Part shown: positions 28,315 to 40,600 of the stretch, piece by piece
Layout of the letters: each line of letters starts with the position of its first letter
Numbering within the stretch: the first letter of the stretch is position 1
Assembly (NCBI RefSeq): GCF_002113885.1
Contig: NW_018408922.1
Location: forward strand, 1,671,144 to 1,735,143
DNA: 64,000 nucleotides
Direction of reading: 5' to 3'
Source of the DNA: Mizuhopecten yessoensis
Taxonomy: Eukaryota
Program-made: the position numbers and the translations under genes
The notes under the pieces: generated by a model
What the model was told of the DNA's origin: nothing
The model's input: only the letters and a program-made list of their open reading frames with translations
Database searches by the model: none

Positions 28315-28577
28315 GGCCCGTATTCATGAAACCGTTCTCATGCTCAAGCCTGGGTTTTGTGCTCAAGTCAAATTTCTTGTTCCAGTTATATATATATTTT
28401 TTTTTTTTAAATTGTTAATGTTTTGGACAAAAATTGAAGAAATTAGAAGCCGAATACTGTTTTCAATATTTAAATATGACTTTTTGATGGGTGACATGAT
28501 TTAGGTGGGTTACAAGGAAAGTGTCTTGAGCACAGAATCCGTGCTTGAGCATGAGAACGGTTTCATGAATACGGGCC
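28315..28577. mobile_element. PIF/Harbinger-like MITE
   Basis: TIR GGCCCGTATTCATGAAACCGTTCTCATGCTCAAGC, perfect for 35 bp and imperfect beyond. 3-bp TSD CTG (28312-28314, 28578-28580). Confidence 0.85.
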
Positions 28578-29145
28578 CTGGTCTCACATCTACTTGCTTT
28601 AACATACGTAACATGCTGAAAGTAAGGTCTTGATATTGAAATGGTTTTCAGCTTCAAGTCCTTCAGAAGCTCCTCCAAATTAATCAAACGAATTTGATAA
28701 TTTGAATAAAGTATAATCGATACAAGGAATTAGACTTGAACACAGAATCTGAGATAAGGATCTTATGTCCTACATTTTATTTGTCTGTTATACAATTAGG
28801 AGAAACGAACCATTAAGCAATGTTCACAAGAACAGCTTATAAAAGTAAATACAAATATTGTGAGAGGTACTTAATGTAAAGCGTATATTCAACAACGCAA
28901 CATCTGTTTTAAGTGTAAGTGCTAGAAACAAGTGTAGTTGAATAAATGTTGATAAAGAAGTAATTATTTACACGAAGGATTTTTATTAACACATTTCCTT
29001 GTTCAAAGTGTTTCTTCACATGTATGCTGTCTCGCATACAAACAGGTGCTTTTTACATTAAATACACCTCCCAGTAGCGATTTAAATAAATGAAAAAAGA
29101 CGATAATTCAAATTATTATGGAAAAAATGTTTAATTAGTTAAATT

Positions 29146-31381
29146 CTAAAGGCATTCTTTTGGTGGAATGAAAACATTAGGATCGCTGATTCCAATATTG
29201 GCATCGAATATTCTGAGGAAAAAAGAAAAACAAATATGTTTAGTTTCAAAATATATTAATATAAGGTGGCATATTAATATTATGCAACGATGCTCATTTA
29301 TCAAAATAAATGTTTGAAAATTACTTGTATTTAAAATAAAATGATACCAAATTTTGAAATTAAATTAAGAGTTTTATAACAATTGTTGACTAGGAAGGTA
29401 AAAATGTTCGTTTATTATTGAATATTTAAAATGAATTCAAACATACTGACTATTCATATAGTGAATATCAATATTGAAGTAATTACTGATTTGTTTTTAA
29501 TAAGATGTCACTTGAAAGTGCGTGTACTTACGTTTGTTGAACAAATCCAGTTTTTTCGCTGTAGTATCCGAATTCAATCGGAAAGCAATCTGGGACTGTC
29601 GACACACCAAAGAACTTGGATCCAGAGGACCTGAAGGTTCCCCTAAAGTTCTCTACGACCATGAACTCCCCGGGGACACCAGCAGCTCCGATGGTCGCAC
29701 TACCCGCAAACTCGGCCTCCCGGGGAACACCACGGGGGATGAATGGCTCCGTCAAGTTGGTGACGTTGCACTTCCTTGTTTTCAGGTTCAGAATGTAAGC
29801 TTTTCCCTACAAACCGTATGGAATACAATTCATAAATGATTCTATTCACTCATATTTTCGCGCGAGGGTGTAGATAAGACAAAACCATGAGACAAAATCA
29901 AAACTCACTTAGCGGGTTAACAAACACTAATTACTCAATCCTTTATATACTGTTATATTCCAGAATAGAAAACGTCTACGTATGAAAATATATAGAAGTT
30001 CGAGTTTCCAATTACGTTGATATTTCCATAATTCGTATAAATCACAATACATGCAATAAACAAATCTATATTCAGACATTTAAATAAGCACAGTTATGAA
30101 TTTGTGTTTAATGTTAAATGCACGAAAAACGCTAAAATTAGAGTATCGCTTAAATTTGTTTGCTTAAAGGAAATAGGAGTTAGTGAGATAACATTAGGGA
30201 AATACCAGTGATAAAATGCCGACAATTAGCTTTGTTAGATTACAATCGAACGACATAAAAGATTACGTTTGAATATTATTTTGAATATAACTATATCATT
30301 TAATTGATTTTATAGTATAATCATAAAGCTTAAATTAATATTCGCTACTAAAGTTATGGTTTCGTTCCAATAAATGAAAATGAAATATAATAAAAATTGA
30401 TAATATCTTTGTTTAAATGTGTACAGCTGTAAGATGCAATGTGATTCTTTTTTGGCATACTGTATCTATTACTAACTTTAAAGGTGCCATTACCTGTGAG
30501 TGTTACGTTCCTCTTTCTTGGTATCAGATTAGAATTTTTGACATATTAGTGGAATACTTACGACATTGTGGAGGAAGAGAGAATCGAAGTAATCCCGGTC
30601 AGATCCGAATTCAACCTCTTCAATAACTCTTTCTCTTCTTTGTGTCTCGTCATAGCTGACCTTTCCAATCTGTGTGAAGTTCTTACTCCTGTCAGTCTTC
30701 AAAAGAAATATAAATTGTTAAAATTTCAAGCGGTGACACAATTATTTTATAGAAACTCGTTTTACTTTACATAATATGAGGCTAAAGAAACATTTTTAAA
30801 ACTGTTCGAAACTTACATGGTTACTTTAAATATACTTACAGTAAAAACTCTCCCTTCCCATTGCTTGGGCGATTCTGAAATACATATTTAAACCAATATA
30901 CAGGTGTTCCAAAACTATAGAGAGCATAATGCTAATTCAAAAAAGTATTTTTTTTTTTTTATTATTTCTTTATAGGGTTTTTTTGCAACGTATTCCATAG
31001 TCTATTTGATATAGCCTGATGGTTAAATATAAATTGTTGAATGAAATAGATAAATATCATTTGTTGAAATTTCGATATAGCAAGAAACATTGGTCATATT
31101 GAAATAATGTTATTGTTGTATTATAGGTAAAATTTCGAATATTACATTTGAATACCAGCAGTTTGAAATGCTTTTTTTTTTTTTTTTAGATTTTATAACA
31201 AATATAATTCAGGAACCAGCAGTTATATGATGGAATCTAGCTCAGGATACTTTTACCATTTAACTAGGTACTCAACTTATGTATCACAAGACTTTAGAAT
31301 TTCGTGTTACTTACCACAAGGCCCGGGAACTTGAGAGTAGGCTACGTAAGCAAGAGCACTGATGAGGATTAGGTATTTCAT
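29146..31381 (-). CDS. Ependymin-related protein D, 5 coding exons, 192 aa
   Basis: Join complement(29146..29212,29532..29806,30562..30696,30840..30874,31315..31381) = 579 nt, GT-AG introns. Translation: MKYLILISALAYVAYSQVPGPCESPKQWEGRVFT...SYDETQRRER...KCNVT...PDCFPI...IFDANIGISDPNVFIPPKEC. Confidence 0.92.
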
Positions 31382-31449
31382 GGTGTATGATGACGTCCGA
31401 ACTGTGGCTCCCCAATCTCTGAGAGTGACCACATTTGGACACTTGGCCC

Positions 31450-31475
31450 TAATATATGCAATGGCTATCTTATCT
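31450..31475 (-). promoter_or_regulatory. Putative EPDR-D promoter: tandem GATA plus TATA-like box
   Basis: Minus strand AGATAAGATAG (31465-31475), then CATATATTA (~31450-31458). Confidence 0.5.
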
Positions 31476-34400
31476 GTTGACCTCTCTAAATTGTTCAATT
31501 GACCATGTTGAAACGTCCACTCTGGCTCTTTATTTATCAGCATTGTTAGCATATAAACAGTGTTTCAAGTCAAAGCTTCTCTGAAATAATAGAATTGTCA
31601 CCAAATTTTCGTACGATCTCATCGCTGCAATAATAATTGTACGGCATTATGCTGTCGTCGATTTCAAATTGTATATTACATGTTCACCTTCCTGAAAAAC
31701 CGATAGGATGTAAGCTGATAGAACAAATTGATAGGGGCTTGTGTAACAGGTCACCGCTCATAAGTGTAAGTGTCACATATTGCGGGCTGGACATCACGTG
31801 AGAATTCAGTGACATAATCTCGACATATTGATAAACTTTTTCAAACAAAATCTAAAATATCAGCAATTTGACGCAGCATTATCGAAAGGTAATGAATATC
31901 ATATTTTGAACAACTAAAAAATTTAGATGTTCTTTCTAAAGGTCATATCCAAAATCCTCTGAACTTTCAGATAAACTGCAATCAACTTAAGGTGTACAGT
32001 ATTATTTTTTTAAAGGTTTTCGTTTCTGAATCAACCTACAATCACTTGCAAATAAAACTCTCCCTAAATGCGTATCTCTATTGATATTTATGAACAGTTA
32101 GTGACACATTAAAACATGTCAAAATATTGTAATTCGGAGAATGTAGAATTGTGTTTTATCATGTATCATATTCAGGTGCTTTTTGTTGAAAACTGCTATA
32201 GTATACCATATAAACTAGTTAAGATATGTATACCATTAGGTTACTAAGAATGTGCAGGAGTGCTATAATAGGTTACGTATCGTTGTCAACAACTACTATC
32301 TCCTTGTGACGCCTTGTAGTCTGCCCACTTCGTTACAAATGTGGAGGATAACGTGATGTTACATGATTAGTCGAACTTTTCAGCTCACACGTTTTATACA
32401 CTAGAACATATCGTGGTTTATGTCGCTGTACTATTATTTGACAAATGGGATGAAGAGTGGTCAAAGCTTGATGGCAACACTCATCTCGGGGATAGTGTCA
32501 CGGTTCATAATGTACACACTTAAGATATTATTGAATTTGAAATTAACCAGTATATCCTCTTATCTTTTATATTGATCAAATAGTAAGTGGTTTTACGCAT
32601 CTGCCCCTCTGTTTCACCAGTAATGTGGACGATTTGGATTTCCAAATTTTTGGCCTCTAACATCAACAACGAGTCCTAGAAAGACGAAACAGCTGTATGA
32701 TGCAGTGCAGTTCATTTTTAAATATACTGTATCTATTACCAAATTTTAAAGTTGCAGTAACCTGTGTGTGTGTTACGTCCATCTTTCCAAATATGCACGT
32801 ACATTGTACTGTGAAGATATAAGGTAATTTGTGTTCATTTTGTAAGACATCCTTCTGCATTCAATGACATAATATATGTTCTTATGTCTAACTCAAACGA
32901 TCACTTTTTACATTCGTCTACACAAGGTTCTCTATAAGATTTTTTTTTAAATCCTTGTACAGTTATTAACTTTATTCATAGGAAATTAATGATTGGGTCT
33001 TAAACGGGATGATAAAGTAACACGGGTTTCTTAAGGCTCCCTGTCCCACTGTACTGTTGGTTTTCCTATATACAGTAACCTCCCTTTTAACTTCCAATTT
33101 GAGATAACTGTAGCACAGTTGGGCCAGGGCACTTCTGTTGACCTGGTAGTTCAATCAGTAAAGGCGACAGTATATCAATCTGAATGCCAGGGTTCGAATC
33201 CTGGTTTAGCCCCACTGATTTCTTCTACTACTTAAAACACGTTTGTTGATTATATTTTGTTGATTTCATCTTGATTATTTGTCATAAAGGTCTCACAAGA
33301 TATAGTGTTCTTTTCAAAATGATTTATCAAAGCAACATATATAGTCATGCAAGAAAAAACGTTTCCAACACTTTGTTACAGTTTCTCGCAACATTAGGGC
33401 CACTTTCTCGTATCCGGTTGATACGGTTAAAACAGTTGAACCTGCAAAGAAAACGACAGGCACAGATCTGAACCGATGCTGACCTCAGGAATACAGGAAT
33501 ATTCGGCACGTGCAGATTGAGGGGTCCAGACGTACCTGACCGAAACTTAAATGCTGCTTATTGCTGGTTTGTGTCATTTCTTTCTAAAACAATGCCAAGT
33601 CACATATTGCTTTATAAGATACATTATGTAATTCTGTGGACGCGTGAAAGATGGGCATACTAATCTTGATACATTGCTATTTATTCTCCGAAACTGTGCA
33701 TGTTTAGCTCTGCTTATAGAACGGTCCAAGTGCGTTCGTTTATCGTGGAATATGTATGCGCCGCATGTGCCGTTCCAACCGGGTTACGCGAATGTTACCT
33801 AGGTACATTTAGAGAAGATGTGATGTATTTTGAAAGAACGTCGGGATTATCATCTATCGAATTAAATCAATTGCCGTCAACTGACAACATTCAAATGTGA
33901 TATCACCCTGTTGCTTGCAATGTCACAACGTATAACATATGTCAATGGTACTTTATAGTCATGGCAAGAATAACGAATAAAAGTGAAGAAAATGAAGATA
34001 AAATTGTTATAATTCATTTATTATAATAATAATAATATTCAACAAAACTCAGCAACAAGCAACGAATACAACGTTTCGTGAAAGTGATGGACCTAAGTAT
34101 TTACGAACCATATTTTTTACTAAATATCAATGCATTTGCCACGATTTTCTCATTTATTTTAGGAAAATTGTATTTTTAGGTAATCTGTGGTATATAAAAT
34201 CAACGCCAAAAAAAATTACGAAAACAAAATCAGATAATTTTCCTTCAGCACGTCAAAGTAAATTTTGTTTGATTTCATTGCAGTTGAATCAAGAAAACAC
34301 TATAGAACAAATGTTGGAATGCATGAAACATAGAGAACAAATAAGGAGTTGGGAAATAATGTCGGCCTCTGGCTATATAAATGCATTATACATACAAAAA

Positions 34401-34607
34401 TAACATATTCTTTTGTATTGATATTCCTGTTGGCGACACTTTATTATTACGTAATACTATTTACCTATGCCTGCATACACATATAACTGAAATTCATTAT
34501 TGACAATATGTTTTCCTATAACCTGAAACAATTAATGGCATTGGTCACACTATCATTTTATACATGAACAATTAAAAGTTCGTTTATGCGGTGCATTGCT
34601 ATGATGA

Positions 34608-37600
34608 TCAGACAAGCATTAACGCAGCTTTGCATCTTTGGTACTGGACTATAACGCCAATATCCAAAGTCTGCGCCTGACCAGTCGAAGGAACAACAAT
34701 TTTCATTTCATCCATAGCAGATTTAGTTTGATTAATAGTCATGTATTTAGTATCAAAACTGAAATCAAAGTACCCTCCAAGATAGTCTACGCCGGTTATA
34801 TTGAAGGTCGAGGTATCAGGAGGTAACGTTGGGTCGAACTGAAGCCTGTCCTCGAATATTCTAAATCCTCCATATCCAAACATGAGGGACTGTAGGTACC
34901 CGCCGATACCGGTGAGGAAGTTTCTGGCCCCTCGTCCTCCTGGCTCCTCAGACCAGGTCTGTGAATAAAGGGATATAACTGTGACACGGCGATACATTGT
35001 TGGCTGTATTTATCTAGGTCAAATTGATAGCAGGTCTTCAAGACTTCTGGTATATATAGTATTATGAAATTGATATCTAGATTAACAAATATGAAAGGAA
35101 ATGTAAATGTAGGTATGACAGAAATAGTTGTTAAAGAAAAGAAACAATTAATTTTACTATTGTTTAGAACAAATTGAATTTACGCCTACACTTCCAATTT
35201 AAAGTTATTTCATTGCTTGTATCAATTATGTACATATTACTATTTATCGAGTGATGGATAATAGACTTTAAGTGTAATTACTCAAAAATCTGGAAATAGT
35301 TGGAATACTGTAAACTTGCTTAGTAGGCTATTTTCATTTTATTTAGATGTCAGTAAGATTATTGCTGACTTTGCGATGAAAACAACACAAGGTTTCCTTA
35401 TAAATACTTTATTGTTTACAAATACCGACAAGAAATCAGTACTTACATAAAATGGCGGGATAACATTCTGAAATTGTTTCTTGAAAGCAGCTTCCGCTTT
35501 AGACGTATCGTTCAATTCCAACCAGCCTACTGCAAACATTCCCCATGTCATGGCGGGCCCTCCCGGTGTCGCCTGGAATAGATTTGACTATGTTCACATA
35601 ATCACCCTTAAGCATAAAGCATTCGTATTTATATACAAGTATAGTAACGTAATCACAACTACCAGCCTTTCTAAAATAATTGGTTTAGGAATATATATAT
35701 TTTTTATAGAAATAAAATTAATAAAAAATTATCCTAGATTTGGAATATTTTTCAATATGATTCCGCATAAAGCACACCAACATACCCTGTCTCCTGCATA
35801 CACACACGCAAGAACGCGTACAAAACACACATTGAGGCACGTCCTTAAATGACCTTAGCTGTTAAAAGAACGTTAAACAAAATTAAACCATACCAAACCA
35901 TATTGTTCCGCATAAAGACTTTACCTACCTTTTCGTATATGTTAAGATCGTTTTTCCTGACGTCCGTAGAAATGTTTTCCATTAGAGGAAATCCGAGGAG
36001 GACGACATCCGCCTGTTTTACTGTAGTATCTGTGTAGGTAGGGGTTATGAGTAATATAAACATAGATTTTCTTACTAACGTATTCGTCTTTTCTAATCCG
36101 ATATCAAAGATGAACCAAAAACACATAAAGACTGCACTTTTAATTTTGGTGATAGATACTTCAGTATGCCAAAAACAATGAATTACACTCCACCGTACAG
36201 CTGTTTTGTACTCCTAGAACTCATAGGTTTTGCTAGGGGTCAAAAAGTTGGTAAATCTAAATTGCCTAAATCACTGTACAAACGGAGCGCCAGGTGCGTA
36301 AACCAACCCCGTAATTTATGAATTTCAAACTTGAAATGATAACTTCTTAATTTTGAATTAAATCATTAGCAAAGTCTTTTATCATTATGAACTGTACCAC
36401 TACTCAAAAACAGATAACTGTGGTCATCAAAACCCACACATATATATACATCCTTTGAATTTAGATGTCATGTAAACTCAACGAACCTATATTTAGAATA
36501 GCGACGCTTACATCATAGGTCTTTATGTTTTATTTGTTTACCTTGAGTGTATCCGTCAAACTCTGGGTGCCACTTTCCAGTGTCATTAAACGGTATATAT
36601 GTTTTCTTGGCGTTTTCCTCGAATTTTGGATCGGCCGTCTTGTTGACAAGAGAGAGGGCGTACTTGGGTAGGAGAAGACTGATCTTCGCCACACTGTTTG
36701 TGTAGACAGAGTTGTTGACGGGGTAGTGGTACTCGTCTGGGGGCATTACCTCTAAAAATTAAATGTCAATTTTGTCAACAAAATCATTTTGAGAGTTTTA
36801 TTGACAAATTAGGAGTTCATTCTATATAAGTAATCACTTCGTCAGATTACATTATAAAATTGATCTTAATATAGACATGTAATATATTAGAAATATATAC
36901 TATTTGAAGGTAGACATAACCCTCTGCTTTCATTTGGCTTACTAACATTAAAACCACATAACACAAACAACATAAACTTCAATGGCAAAATCTCTCTAAT
37001 TTAATTGGATGTTTGATAAAAGTTTCCCATGTATAAATAAGCAATTATTTATGCCGATTGTATCTGAATTATGTGGAAATGGTTCTTTTTTTTAATGTAA
37101 GGACGTGCATTTCCTAATAATGTAATAATATCAGTGGTTATATTATTTTATATGACATGGCGGTGACACATGCAAAGATACAAACGGTATAACATATTTC
37201 TAAATGTTTATTCAAACTGTTCTAAACCTTAAGGCGGAGTAGACTGAAGAAGGATTTGTAAGGCAATATCAACAAGAGTATTTACCCGACATTGATTATA
37301 AAACATGGAGGGAACACATAACCAGAATAACGTAATTGGTAAGTAGAGCGGAAAGTTTCATGGAAATCGGTGCAGTTCATTAGGTGGAGTAGTTGGGGGG
37401 AAATGGTGTCCAGAGGCAGACGAATAACGCACATCAGGAGTCATAAACTCTTTTGAAGGGTTTGAATAACATTTAAATCCATTTATACGTTAGGAGGAAA
37501 GGAATAAACAGGGAAAGTATCTGCTAAGTATATTTAGAACAGTAATTATTTTAATGTCAATCACAACAACACAGGGAAAACATACATACAATGAGTAAGA

Positions 37601-40600
37601 TATGACTAAGACTATAGGAAAAGTGGATACACAAATTTTGTCAACAGGCAGGAAGACAACCTGGTAGCATTATACACAAGCATTGTGTACCACTTATGTT
37701 GCTTCAGTATAAAGGGCAGATAAACAGCAGTTAAACTTCACATATAATGGTTTAAATAATATATCAAATAGACGGTGCGTTATGTACTTTCTTAAAAAAG
37801 ATAATATGTATTGTAGATGAAACACCAATATAGCACATTCTGAGTTTTATATTATTTCTTAATAGCAAGAATCCCTGCTATATTTGTATCACCGTGTATT
37901 TCGAGATGATTCCTGCAAGTCATACAAAATGCACCAAGGACAAAACTATATTTGATGACTTCAGCTCCGTCCTCGTTTTCAAATGTAGGTTCTATACTGT
38001 AGAAGATACCAACAACGATCTAAAAATGATTTTTCACTTTTCTCAAGAACAAATAATTTCTTAAATAGAATTGTCCGTAATGTTTCAGCATTCACTTACC
38101 ATGAATTTCGTATCGGTCCTCGCTTTTGTTATACGTCATGCGAGACATCCAGAACGAGGCTATATCTGTGATGACGTCAGCACCACCCTCGTTCTCGATA
38201 AAGTCTGAGTCCCGTGTCATCATAATGTACTGCTTGAAGGCGAACGCTATATCCCCGGTGATGTGTTGTTCGTATTTGGAACATGCAGTAGAGGGACACA
38301 CATTTAGACCTGTTGAAATATGAAAAAAACAAATCAAAAAGAACAATGCACAGACGAAAGACATCTGTAATGTAAGCACCCAATGATTAAGTGGTTGCAC
38401 ATGTATTATAAATTTGTACTGTAATATTCCATTAATTGATTGCTCGATAAATCATAAAAAGTAAACTGTATATTTTATAGATAGAAATGACATGAAATTA
38501 GCATAAACAAACAAGTCCACACGGTATAATACATTAGGAGCAGAGAACACTCCAAAACAGACATAATCACCTCTAGAATTGCCCAAAATACGACTGGATA
38601 TTGAACAACGGTCATAGTCTCTATAAGTTTTCAGTTAAGAAAAAGTGTAATGATATGAAGAGAAATATATGTTATTCAAAGACTACATTATTATATCATC
38701 ATTGTCCCATTCGTCTTAATCCTAAGATGATTATTACTTTATAATTCACCCGCGAAAAAGCAATCTTAACTGAAATCAAAAAGAAACACTGTAAAATTGT
38801 TAAAAAAAAGACACTGTTATTACGGTAATAATAGCCTAATTGATACCAAATACCAACTGTTGATATAAATAGCCGAAGAAGAATATTAACTGAAAACAAC
38901 CCTACCGGAGAATGCAATTTCCCACGGGTACATAGCTCCCTGATAGCCTCTCTGTTGAGCATACTGTTTCGCGGCTGCGTGATTCCTCACTCTGGTCTTG
39001 ACGATCTTCTTCCCCTTGTCACTGTACAGAAGGAGCATCGGCGGAAACATCCAGGTCTCCTGGTCCCAGAACACGTGACCCTCATAATCCTGGAGATAGT
39101 TAAACGTTACTTTTACACAAGATACAAGCTATGCAGAAAGAAACCCCAGTGGGTGTTATAAGTAATATAACTATCCAAGATAATAACACTTTACTTCCTA
39201 ACACCAGAATATTAGAAAAATTTACGAGTTTTCTCATAGGTGACATGGTTGTAGTTGCACGTGCAGCTTGTGGTCGAGAGTCGAACGTGTATCATTCAAC
39301 ACAGGTAGACAAGAGACGACACACGTATCCAGTCTATTGTTTCAAAAATGAAAGCTTAAGTGGTGAAATCTCATGAAACGTTGGGTAGTTTTGAAGATTA
39401 CTGTAGTCATTGGTGTGGTATAGTGATGGTATGAAAGAGGGTATGGAGTTTTTAGAGTTTGAAGTTGATGAAATGTGTCGGCGTGTACCTATCGCTGTGT
39501 TGCAATAAGTAATAAAAATTGTAAATGTATACACGTGTGGAGTTTTGCTATGAGATGTAGAGCCAGCGGTCACGGGAATCCTCTTTACCTTATTCAGGGC
39601 ACCATGGGCTAAGCCACCTGGTGATATACCAAAAAACGGTTCCACTTGGTCTTTTTCAGGGATCTCGCTGAGTAAGTAGTACATCGCTGCGTAGTTGATC
39701 CTGCTGAGGTTGTTGTTACCACCGACGTCTATACGGCCTTTCTGCCAATTGTGCTGTTCCCATACTTGTTCGTGGGTCGATTCCAACATGTCATTCAGGA
39801 AAAAATCAAGCCCTTTAAGTAAACAACACAAGTTTGTTTTACATACGTGTACAAGATATGCATCATGACTTGATATGCACAGATTATGACTTAAAGTATC
39901 TCAAACAACTGACTCTACCTAAACAAATATTATAAAACCTGACACAAATTATGAAGACCCTTTTTGCATACGAAAAAACATTCATAATAGAGGCCAAAAC
40001 AGGTCAAGATATCATCAACATTCTAAAATCAAGTATGAACTAATTTCTTGTGATTAAGCATGATTCTTTTTCTTTGTCTCAGGAGTGACGTCTTTCTAAC
40101 AACTAAAACCATTTAATCAGGGAGACTGTTGATATTGGGATTATTCAAGGGTAAGGGTTACGGTGGTGGTGTACTGAAAATTTCTCTATGTTGTATAGTG
40201 TCAGTAGAATCTCGTTAATTCAAATAGTATCTAAACGAGATAAATGAATTCCACTTCTTATTTCACTACAGTGATTATGAGTTTTAAAACATTTCAAAAT
40301 TACGACGTTTTACTGCTGATATTGATTCAAGAATTCTTTTAAGAAATGCTGTTCTATAAATTTACCTAATTGGAAATATTCTGCAGCCAAGTAAGAAGTG
40401 AAATCCACAGAGGTTATAAATACACGCCGGACGGACTCGCCAGCAGCCACGGTCATGACGTCAGGGACGATTGATGAGATGATAATGAACGGCATCTTGT
40501 CTTTAGCGTGGTACTCTGGTTCCTTAATATATCCCATGTATAATCTGTGTGAGCATACAAGGAAAATCGTTTTACGTCGATAACGTCAGCAAAGTAATAT

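Noticed and set aside
33125-33215. tRNA gene candidates (also about 15845-15915, 40976-41045 and 48135-48220)
   Set aside because: A/B boxes are present but a cloverleaf cannot be formed; treated as SINE heads or tRNA-derived fragments.
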